64,000 nt of DNA from Acidimicrobiales bacterium (lineage in GTDB: Bacteria > Actinomycetota > Acidimicrobiia > Acidimicrobiales > SZUA-35). Under the pieces are notes generated by a model. That model was not told where the DNA came from. It did no database searches and saw only the letters and a program-made list of their open reading frames with translations. The stretch is taken from contig OZ245048.1 of the NCBI GenBank assembly GCA_965224435.1, positions 1,724,511-1,788,510 on the forward strand, in the 5' to 3' direction. Positions 1 through 6,996 of the stretch are shown piece after piece; position 1 is the first letter of the stretch; every line of letters begins with the position of its first letter. The position numbers were made by a program, and so were the translations under genes.

Positions 1-296
1 AATCCTTGGCCGCAGAGGCAGCTGCACTCATGGCTGACCGCGATCCTGGCGATGTGCAATTCGACGAAGAATCTGGCGAAGGCGACACCATTGCCGTCGA
101 ACGAGACCGAGACCTTGCCCTGTCGGCCAAGGCTCGCGAGAAGGTCGATGAAATCGATGCGGCACTCATCCGAATGGACAAGGGGCGTTACGGCCATTGT
201 GTGTCGGGTGACGAAGGTGACTTCATTCCGAAGGATCGACTCGAAGCTCTCCCAATGGCAGCCAAATGTGTGACTCATCAGACGGCGATGTTCTAG
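1..296 (+). CDS. TraR/DksA-family zinc-finger protein, C-terminal part (N-terminus off the 5' window edge)
   Basis: The frame is open to the window edge and the listed start at 6 is a TTG. The C-terminus 'GRYGHCVSGDEGDFIPKDRLEALPMAAKCVTHQ' follows the DksA/TraR finger layout (YGxCxxC...RLxAxPxAxxCxxC) but keeps only 2 of the 4 Cys. It lies directly upstream of lspA. Confidence 0.6.
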   Translation, partial: SLAAEAAALMADRDPGDVQFDEESGEGDTIAVERDRDLALSAKAREKVDEIDAALIRMDKGRYGHCVSGDEGDFIPKDRLEALPMAAKCVTHQTAMF

Positions 297-880
297 CGAT
301 CAACTCTAAACCAGAAGCCGATACCGACTCAGGAGCAGATAGTTCCTCGCCAGTCAAGGTTCCTTCACCCGAGACGAGTACTCGGTTCACCCTGATCATG
401 GCAAGCGTTATCCTGGTTGCTGATCACCTCAGCAAGTGGTGGGCGCAATCACACTTGGAGGCAGGGATCTGTTCGCCGGAGACCTGCTTGACTGTCTTCG
501 GTACTCGCTTGAGATTTCACCTGGTCTACAACACCGGTGCCGCTTTCAGCCTGGGTGAGGGGTTTGGTTGGCTGATCGCTCCTCTCGCCTTCGTTATGGC
601 TGGTGGCCTGCTTCTTGTCGCTCGTCAGACCTCAGACCGCGCATCGCTGATCGCCTTGGGTCTGGTCATCGGTGGCGCCTTGGGTAATATGGTCGACCGG
701 GTCATGCGGGCCGAAGATGGACTATTTAGCGGTGGTGTGGTGGACTTCATCGACTTCCAGTTCTGGCCAGTTTTCAATGTGGCGGATATGGCAGTGGTTG
801 GTGGAGTTGCCCTCCTATTCGTGCGTCAGATGAGCCAACCCAACGAAGTGGCAGCCGACGAAGGGATTGTCGATGAATAG
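266..880 (+). CDS. lspA: lipoprotein signal peptidase (signal peptidase II)
   Basis: Contains the motifs 'VYNTGAAFS', 'GGALGNMVDR' and 'VVDFIDFQFWPVFNVADMAV' with multiple TM segments. The true start may be the internal ATG at 398 (MASVILVADHLSK), because the first 44 codons are hydrophilic and low-complexity. Confidence 0.9.
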   Translation: MCDSSDGDVLAINSKPEADTDSGADSSSPVKVPSPETSTRFTLIMASVILVADHLSKWWAQSHLEAGICSPETCLTVFGTRLRFHLVYNTGAAFSLGEGFGWLIAPLAFVMAGGLLLVARQTSDRASLIALGLVIGGALGNMVDRVMRAEDGLFSGGVVDFIDFQFWPVFNVADMAVVGGVALLFVRQMSQPNEVAADEGIVDE

Positions 881-1817
881 GGAAGCAGAGCTACACGAGG
901 TACAGCTGCCGGATGCGCTAAACGGGGAGCGAGTGGATCGGGTGGTCTCCTTGGCGGCCGACATCAGTCGCAAGGAGGCGGCCGAACTCATCGAGGTTGG
1001 CGCGGTATTGGTGAACGGTGAGGCTCCTGTCAAGGCATCACAGAGGCTTCGAACCGGTGACCACCTTCGAGTGGCCGTTCCTTTTCGGGACAGCACAATT
1101 CGTGATGACCCGACGGTTGAAGTCGTCATCCACTATCTCGACGATCAGGTGATAGTGGTTGACAAACCAGCCGGTCTGATTGTGCACCCAGGTGCCGGTG
1201 CCAGCACCGGAACAATGATTCAAGGACTTCTGGCCCAGTTCCCGGAAATCGCTTTGGTTGGCAATGACCCAACAAGGCCTGGCGTTGTGCATCGACTGGA
1301 CAAGGGTACGTCGGGCTTGTTGATGGTTGCCCGGACCCAAGCTGCTCTGGAGTCGCTCAGTCTCCAACTGTCTGAACGGACAGTGACCCGGCAGTATCAA
1401 GCCTTGGCCTGGGGAACTGTTCAGGCCTCGCACGGCGTTGTTGATGCTCCGCTTGGTCGGTCTCCCAACGATGCGACCCGTCAAGCGGTTGTTGCTGATG
1501 GGCGAGAGGCCCGAACCAGCTATGAAGTCGTCACCCGCTACGAAGACCCACTTCTAACGTTTCTTCGCTGCCAGCTTGAGACTGGTCGGACCCACCAGAT
1601 ACGTGTTCATCTTGAGGCCATTGGCAATCCGATTGTCGGAGACGACCGATATGGGGGTGGCAGTCGAGATCGGATGGGTCTCGCGAGGCCCTTCTTGCAC
1701 GCTGGACTTCTCGGTTTTGTTCACCCCGCGAGCGGTGAATACATGGAATTTGAGACCGACATGCCGGGCGATCTTCAAGACCTTCTGGCACAGCTGGCAG
1801 AATCAGCCCTCGACTAG
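867..1817 (+). CDS. rluD: RluA/RluD-family 23S rRNA pseudouridine synthase
   Basis: Has an N-terminal S4-like region, the catalytic motif 'HRLDKGTSGLLMVART' and the motif 'GRTHQIRVHL'. It overlaps the lspA stop by 14 nt. Confidence 0.9.
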   Translation: MSMNREAELHEVQLPDALNGERVDRVVSLAADISRKEAAELIEVGAVLVNGEAPVKASQRLRTGDHLRVAVPFRDSTIRDDPTVEVVIHYLDDQVIVVDKPAGLIVHPGAGASTGTMIQGLLAQFPEIALVGNDPTRPGVVHRLDKGTSGLLMVARTQAALESLSLQLSERTVTRQYQALAWGTVQASHGVVDAPLGRSPNDATRQAVVADGREARTSYEVVTRYEDPLLTFLRCQLETGRTHQIRVHLEAIGNPIVGDDRYGGGSRDRMGLARPFLHAGLLGFVHPASGEYMEFETDMPGDLQDLLAQLAESALD

Positions 1818-1872
1818 CTCATGTTGTTGCGGCTGCCTGATCCCATCGGCCCTTGAACGAGCCGAAGCGCAG

Positions 1873-2502
1873 TCAACCCGACCAGTTTCCCCAGTGGGTG
1901 ATGCTCTCGAGACTGGGGCGCTGCCTCCCCGAGGAACGTGCTCGCTCGTCGTTGTCGTGATTCGGGTCAGTCGGATCGAGTGGATGGCCAATGGCGACAG
2001 TGGCCACAATTCTGCGGTCCTCGGGAATGGCAAAAGTATCGCGCAGAGCGGATTCGTGATTGAAGGGGCCAAACAGACAACAGCCCAGACCTCGCTCGGT
2101 GACGAGCAAAAGAAGGTTCTGCAGGACTGTTCCGGCGTCGACCCACCAGTAAGGCACTGGCCACCGCTGTTCAGAGCTGCCCCGACCGGTCGATGCCTTG
2201 TCTGCTTCTGAGTAACGGTCTAGGTAGGCCTGGGGTCGGGTCAGAACCAATACGAGGATGGGAGCAGTCAGAAGGGACTGCCAACGAAACGTTGTCTGAG
2301 AGTCTTCCGTCATCGAAGTCGCCCAATAGTTCTTCACCGCGTCTGTCGTGTTCAATACAAGGAACTCGGTTGCCTGCGTGTTTCCAGCTGATGGTGCCCG
2401 CCGAGCATTTTCGAGAATCTCTTCGACCACTGATTGCGGAACCGGGGCGTCGCTGAAGGTTCGAATCATATGCCGCGCTCGTATGGCTGGGATCAGGTCC
2501 AT
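1873..2502 (-). CDS. nitroreductase-family oxidoreductase
   Basis: The N-terminus 'IRARHMIRTFSDAPVPQSVVEEILENARRAPSAGNTQATEFLVL' is typical of FMN nitroreductase-fold proteins. At 209 aa it is the right size. Confidence 0.75.
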   Translation of the reverse strand: MDLIPAIRARHMIRTFSDAPVPQSVVEEILENARRAPSAGNTQATEFLVLNTTDAVKNYWATSMTEDSQTTFRWQSLLTAPILVLVLTRPQAYLDRYSEADKASTGRGSSEQRWPVPYWWVDAGTVLQNLLLLVTERGLGCCLFGPFNHESALRDTFAIPEDRRIVATVAIGHPLDPTDPNHDNDERARSSGRQRPSLESITHWGNWSG

Positions 2503-2508
2503 GATTTA

Positions 2509-2584
2509 TCCGCCATCACACGGTTCATCCGCCATCACACGGTTCATCCGCCATCACACGGTTCATCCGCCATCACACGGTCTA
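2509..2584. repeat. 19-bp tandem direct repeat, 4 copies (last copy diverges at its end)
   Basis: The unit 'tccgccatcacacggttca' occurs at 2509, 2528 and 2547, and as 'tccgccatcacacggtcta' at 2566. The array fills the whole spacer between the Rrf2 stop (2582-2584) and the nitroreductase start (2502). Confidence 0.95.
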
Positions 2585-3028
2585 TTCAGCATCACTTGGC
2601 CCAGGAGATGGAATCTCGGACTTAGCAACCACATCAGCCAGGGTGAAGCCCTCCAGGAGCTCTCGCATCTGCTCTCCGACCCCGTGCCAGATAGTCAAGA
2701 GCGCGCATTGGCCCTCGTGATCGCATGCTCCGCCAGCGTGGGGTTCGACAAAGTCACCCAAGGTGATTGGGCCATCGACAGCCCGGATGATTTCTGCCAG
2801 CGTGATCGATGTTGGGTTGCGGGCCAGGACGTAGCCCCCACCGACTCCTCGTTTGGAGCGAACGAGCCCGGCTCCCTTTAGAGCCAGCAGAATCTGTTCA
2901 AGGTAGGGCTGGGGAAGCCCGGTGCGATGAGCGATCTGGCGAACAGTGATTGGGCCATCCTGGTCTCCGTGTAGAGCCAAGGAAAGCAATGCACGGCTTG
3001 CATAGTCACCACGAGTCGAAACCTTCAC
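2582..3028 (-). CDS. Rrf2-family transcriptional regulator
   Basis: Contains 'MKVSTRGDYASRALLSLA', a winged-helix region '...IAHRTGLPQPYLEQILLALKGAGLVRSKRGVGGGYVLAR' and C-terminal Cys residues (GGACDHEGQC) that could ligate a cluster. Confidence 0.85.
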   Translation of the reverse strand: MKVSTRGDYASRALLSLALHGDQDGPITVRQIAHRTGLPQPYLEQILLALKGAGLVRSKRGVGGGYVLARNPTSITLAEIIRAVDGPITLGDFVEPHAGGACDHEGQCALLTIWHGVGEQMRELLEGFTLADVVAKSEIPSPGPSDAE

Positions 3029-3059
3029 CGGTGAGATCCTACTGGTCTGCGACCCTGGG

Positions 3060-4241
3060 ATGGCAGAAGAGAAGGATCGCGACTGCTTAGGTGGCTGTCT
3101 ATCCTGCCGATATCATCCTGGAGACCTGAATGGAGAAGCGGTGACAGATCCGATTCGACCCGCATATGGCCGTGGCTGCCTGAGCGAACTTCTGCCTGCG
3201 ATCCTTGGCTATCCATCAGCCGGAGGAATGGAATTGCCGGTTGCCGTCGATGCAACTGCCCCTCGGGTTCTGCTTGTCCTCGATGGTCTTGGCTGGGATC
3301 AGTTTCAGGACCGCCTGAGTGTCGCTCCCACCTTGGCCGGGTGTAGCGGGGGATCGATCACCACGGTCGCTCCGTCGACCACGGCGGCTGCCTTGACTTC
3401 CATTACTACCGGACTTACCCCAGGTGAGCATGGGGTCATCGGCTACCGAATGATGGTTGGCGATGAGGTGCTCAACACCTTGCGCTGGCGAACCGACCGA
3501 CACGGTGATGCTCGCAAGACCATCCCCCCTGAACTCGTGCAACCCTATGACCCTTTCATGGGTGAACGGGTCGCCCTGGTCTCCAAAGCTGAGTTCCGAC
3601 GGTCAGGGTTCTCCCAAGCTCACCTTCGGGGGGTTCAGTTCACTGGCTATCGCACACCAGCGCTGCTTGTTCACGAAACAGTCCGGCTCATCAATGAAGG
3701 TGAACCCGTTGTCTACGCCTATTATGACGGAATCGACAAGGTGGCGCACGAATACGGCCTTGGTTCGGAATACGACACCGAACTTCGATTTGTCGACCAG
3801 CTCGTAGCCTCAATGCTGGACGGCCTCCCGGACGGCACCCAAGTCGTGATCACGGCAGACCATGGTCAGGTCGATTGTCGCAATGGTTCTGTTTTGATTG
3901 ACGATCAGGTGATGGGCCTCACCCGAGGTTTGTCGGGCGAGGGCAGGTTCCGTTGGCTGCACGCAAAGAGCGGGGCGGCTGCCTCTTTGTTGGACGCCGC
4001 CAATGAGGCTCATAGTCATCATGCCTGGGTCCGGAGCCTTGAACAGATCCTCGATGAGAACTGGTTTGGGCCTAGCGTCAGGTCAGAAGTTCAGGAGTCT
4101 CTGGGCGACGTAGCCCTCCTGCCGTTTGAGCCGATCGCCTTTACGGATCCAAAGGACACCGGCCCCTTCGAACTCGTCGGCAGGCACGGATCGCTGACTG
4201 CAGCCGAAATGTTGGTACCCCTGATTGGTACTGTCTGCTAG
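3060..4241 (+). CDS. alkaline phosphatase superfamily protein (nucleotide pyrophosphatase/phosphodiesterase-like)
   Basis: Contains 'VLLVLDGLGWDQ', 'TTVAPSTTAAALTSITTGLTPGEHGV' and 'VVITADHGQVD', which are metal-ligand and nucleophile-Thr motifs of the AP superfamily. The start is uncertain (ATG 3060 or GTG 3141). Confidence 0.7.
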   Translation: MAEEKDRDCLGGCLSCRYHPGDLNGEAVTDPIRPAYGRGCLSELLPAILGYPSAGGMELPVAVDATAPRVLLVLDGLGWDQFQDRLSVAPTLAGCSGGSITTVAPSTTAAALTSITTGLTPGEHGVIGYRMMVGDEVLNTLRWRTDRHGDARKTIPPELVQPYDPFMGERVALVSKAEFRRSGFSQAHLRGVQFTGYRTPALLVHETVRLINEGEPVVYAYYDGIDKVAHEYGLGSEYDTELRFVDQLVASMLDGLPDGTQVVITADHGQVDCRNGSVLIDDQVMGLTRGLSGEGRFRWLHAKSGAAASLLDAANEAHSHHAWVRSLEQILDENWFGPSVRSEVQESLGDVALLPFEPIAFTDPKDTGPFELVGRHGSLTAAEMLVPLIGTVC

Positions 4242-4285
4242 GGAACCGTCTGCTGGTAGGCAGTGTGGTCTGCTAGAACAGAGCC

Positions 4286-4864
4286 ATGACTCAGACGAGC
4301 GATACAAATCAGCCACGACCCGAATCGGCAGACAGTTCACAGGCAGACAGTTCACAGGCAGACGTCACAGAGGCAGACAGCGCACAGTCGAAGAATGAGG
4401 TTATTTCTCCTGACGCAATTGATCCTGAGGGGGCACAATCGGACCCGGAGCCCATGCCCAAGGGCTCAGTCTCCGAACCAGCAAAGGTGATGCGAATTGG
4501 ATCCATGATTCGTCAGCTGTTGGAAGAAGTTCGAATGACCGAGCTGGATGAGCGTGGCAGGATCCGCCTTCGAGAGATCTACGACACATCAGTGGAGAAC
4601 CTGGCGTCCGCGCTGTCTCCAGATTTACAGGAAGAACTCTACTCCTTAGCTGTTCCCTTCGGTGATGACGAATTGCCATCTGTCTCGGAGTTGCGAATTG
4701 CGCAGGCTCAGCTGGTCGGCTGGCTTGAGGGCCTCTTCCACGGAATCCAGACGACAATCTTTGCTCAGCAAGCGGCGGCTCAACTGCAATTGGAACAGAT
4801 GAAATCGTCAACGCCCATGCCGGGTATCAACCCGGATGCTCCCCGCTCAGGTACCTATCTTTGA
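4286..4864 (+). CDS. bpa: bacterial proteasome activator (Bpa/PafE, DUF2587-like)
   Basis: Has a disordered acidic N-terminus and a helical core 'MRIGSMIRQLLEEVR...LREIYDTSVENL...AQAQLVGWLEGLFHGIQTTIFAQQ'. The extreme C-terminus 'GTYL' resembles the GQYL gate-opening motif of mycobacterial Bpa. Confidence 0.7.
   Translation: MTQTSDTNQPRPESADSSQADSSQADVTEADSAQSKNEVISPDAIDPEGAQSDPEPMPKGSVSEPAKVMRIGSMIRQLLEEVRMTELDERGRIRLREIYDTSVENLASALSPDLQEELYSLAVPFGDDELPSVSELRIAQAQLVGWLEGLFHGIQTTIFAQQAAAQLQLEQMKSSTPMPGINPDAPRSGTYL
4328..4387 (+). repeat. 15-bp in-frame tandem repeat (4 copies, last two diverged) inside bpa
   Basis: The unit 'gcagacagttcacag' occurs twice, followed by 'gcagacgtcacagag' and 'gcagacagcgcacag'. 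Together they encode ADSSQADSSQADVTEADSAQ. Confidence 0.9.
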
Positions 4865-5039
4865 CGGCTTGAGTTTCTGCTCGGATGGCTGAAAGCCAGC
4901 AACGGTAGGCATTGCTTTCGTTTTCGGTTTGCATTCCGCCCCTGCGAGCGGCGAAGCTAGTTCAAGAAGAAAGTATTGAAGGTCCATGAGGGCTTGCCCC
5001 GATGAGCGGGGTAAGGACGGGACCGCGAGGGGGAAACCG

Positions 5040-5738
5040 ATGGCCATCGAGGTCACGACAAAGGATTGCTCGTCATTGAGCGACGCCGAGTTTGCCGAGA
5101 TGGCAGAACTGGCATGCAATGACCATATGGAAGTGGGGATGCTGTCTAAGCAGGCGGATGACTGGGTGCTGATCAGCCAGGCCAGACGCAATGGAACCTT
5201 GCAAGGATTCATCTTCAGCACTCTTGAGCGAATCGGTGGAACGCCCGCACTGGTCATTGGGTTGGGCCTGGTCGAAGATGCTCAAGCGTCGGTCTTGCGG
5301 GCTCTCATGCATGATCAATTCCATAAGGCGAGAATGGCCTTTCCAGACGAGGACGTGGTGGTGAGTGCTCGAATGAGGTCCCACGGAGCTTTGGCTGCGT
5401 TGGTAGACCTTCAAGACATTCGACCGTGGCCCCAGACGAGGGTTAACGGCGAAGAGCGAGCCTGGGGGAGGCGGTTGGCAGCTCGCTACAAGACCACTAC
5501 CTATGACGACCGGACCATGGTTGGTAAGGGATTGGGCCCGCGATTAGTACTGGACTATGTGACCGGCGTTGAAGGTGGAGCGATCGCCGAAACGAGCGGC
5601 GCAAGCGAGAGCTTCACAACGGAGTCGGTGGAGGTCATGGACCAGTTCGACCCGTGTAACGATGGAACGCACTTTCTTGTGGTGTGGGGTTGGGCTTTGG
5701 CCGAACTCCTTGATGGGTTCCAGCAGCCCGCGTCCTGA
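5040..5738 (+). CDS. hypothetical protein (no recognisable family)
   Basis: A long ORF with the SD-like 'gaggggga' 5-12 nt upstream of ATG 5040 (the listed ORF starts at 4986). I could not recognise any motif. Confidence 0.5.
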   Translation: MAIEVTTKDCSSLSDAEFAEMAELACNDHMEVGMLSKQADDWVLISQARRNGTLQGFIFSTLERIGGTPALVIGLGLVEDAQASVLRALMHDQFHKARMAFPDEDVVVSARMRSHGALAALVDLQDIRPWPQTRVNGEERAWGRRLAARYKTTTYDDRTMVGKGLGPRLVLDYVTGVEGGAIAETSGASESFTTESVEVMDQFDPCNDGTHFLVVWGWALAELLDGFQQPAS

Positions 5739-5922
5739 AGACGCAGCGCCTTCGAAAACTGCGAATGTGACGATTTGATCACGGACGGAGTCGCGAGGGT
5801 CACGACGGGTGGTCGACTGGCCGAGACTGCGAACAGAGTTTCATGTGGCATCCAGGTGAATTACCCGAAAGAAGCGCAGAAATGAGCGATTTCACCCGGG
5901 TCGCTTGAGTAGATGCTCCTGA

Positions 5923-5955
5923 TTGACTTGACTTCGGAGAGTGTCTGCCTAGTAT
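5923..5955 (+). promoter_or_regulatory. candidate sigma-70-type promoter giving a leaderless or near-leaderless transcript for the CAP-domain gene
   Basis: Overlapping TTGACT hexamers sit at 5923-5928 and 5928-5933. A 16-nt spacer separates them from TAGTAT at 5950-5955, and the ATG at 5965 is 9 nt downstream of the -10 element. Confidence 0.3.
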
Positions 5956-5964
5956 GTCGTTTAC

Positions 5965-6831
5965 ATGACAACGAACCACGCCCAGTTCGTTCACCGCCTC
6001 GTGGCTTCGTTGGTGCTCATCTCCCTGACCTTGGTCGGGGTACTTGTTCCCGCGAATCCAGCAGGCGCTGTTCGGCCTCAGAATGTCCTCGAGACCGAAA
6101 TCTTGCAGCAGTTGAATGCTGAACGCACCGCTCGGGGGCTGGGAGCCGTCAGCATTGAAGACGAGCTGACCGATGCGTCTGCCCAATGGTCAGACTCAAT
6201 GGCCAGTCGTAGCTCTCTTGTTCATTCCGGCGATGGGCGGGCAGAAATCATTGCCTACGGCTACACCACAGGCCAGATCACCCTGGCTTGGATGAATTCT
6301 CCCAGCCATCGCAACCTGATGGTTGACCCAAACCTGGTTTTCGGCGGAGTCGGAGTGACATGCGACAGCGGCGGACGGATGTGGGCCACCATCCAATTTC
6401 GCAGGCTTGATACCCGCCTCGCAACTCTTCGCTCGTCGAATCCCAGTCCAGCAGTCACCGCTGACCTGTCGGGATCCAACTGCGAAGATCAGGCGGGGAC
6501 ACCTCCAGTGCGGCGCCTGTACCGAGCATTCTTCCAACGGGAGAGTGATACTGGTGGCTTGGCCTACTGGGTCCAGCGATATGCCGATGGTGAAAGTCTG
6601 ACCGGGATCGCCGACTATTTCGCTACATCGGATGAGTTTCAAGCAACCTATGGGCGACTCAGCGATCGTGACTTTGTGAAGACTGTCTATGTCAACGTGA
6701 TGGGACGAAGTCCTGATCAGGGCGGGTATGACTATTGGGTCGGTCAGATGCGCTCGGGGATGACTCGAGGTGAGCTGATGGTGGCCTTTAGCGAAAGCCA
6801 AGAGTTCGTGATCCGAACAGGGATCGTCTAG
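5965..6831 (+). CDS. secreted CAP/SCP (YkwD-like) domain protein with C-terminal DUF4214 repeats
   Basis: Has an N-terminal signal/TM segment 'LVASLVLISLTLVGVLVPANPAGA'. The CAP motifs are 'LNAERTARGL...AQWSDSMA...WMNSPSHRNLM'. The C-terminus 'RLYRAFFQRESDTGGLAYWV' and 'VYVNVMGRSPDQGGYDYWVGQM...FSESQEF' is DUF4214-like. Confidence 0.8.
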   Translation: MTTNHAQFVHRLVASLVLISLTLVGVLVPANPAGAVRPQNVLETEILQQLNAERTARGLGAVSIEDELTDASAQWSDSMASRSSLVHSGDGRAEIIAYGYTTGQITLAWMNSPSHRNLMVDPNLVFGGVGVTCDSGGRMWATIQFRRLDTRLATLRSSNPSPAVTADLSGSNCEDQAGTPPVRRLYRAFFQRESDTGGLAYWVQRYADGESLTGIADYFATSDEFQATYGRLSDRDFVKTVYVNVMGRSPDQGGYDYWVGQMRSGMTRGELMVAFSESQEFVIRTGIV

Positions 6832-6996
6832 CTCGACTGCTTGCCTGACCTGTTTCGGACCCAAGATTGCCGTCAAGAATCAGCTGAGCGGCAAAGCAAC
6901 CTCGATCGGGATCTATAGAGTCAGCACACTCAGAGTCAGGGCGCTCCGGGCAAGTGGTTTCGTTTAACTCGTCGGATCGCTCTGTCCGGCCAGGGA

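Noticed and set aside
1576-2211. A 211-aa plus-strand ORF overlapping the rluD end and the nitroreductase gene.
   Set aside because: It overlaps two well-supported genes and has Cys/Arg-rich low-complexity translation and no motifs. I treat it as a spurious frame.
2509-2584. The possibility that the 19-bp repeats are a small CRISPR array.
   Set aside because: The copies are directly contiguous with no spacers, the unit is shorter than CRISPR repeats, and no cas genes are nearby. It is a simple tandem repeat.
2348-2881. The 177-aa plus-strand ORF spanning the 19-bp repeat, which translates as a periodic peptide.
   Set aside because: The periodic peptide is an artefact of translating a 19-bp repeat through all three frames. 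The rest of the ORF is antisense to the well-supported Rrf2 gene.
6832-6996. A LexA SOS box or a PafBC/RecA-independent damage motif upstream of dnaE.
   Set aside because: There is no TCGAAC-N4-GTTCGA-like palindrome and no TGTC(G/A)GTG-N8-TAnnnT match. Only a short direct repeat 'agagtcag' separated by 7 nt was seen, which is too weak to call.
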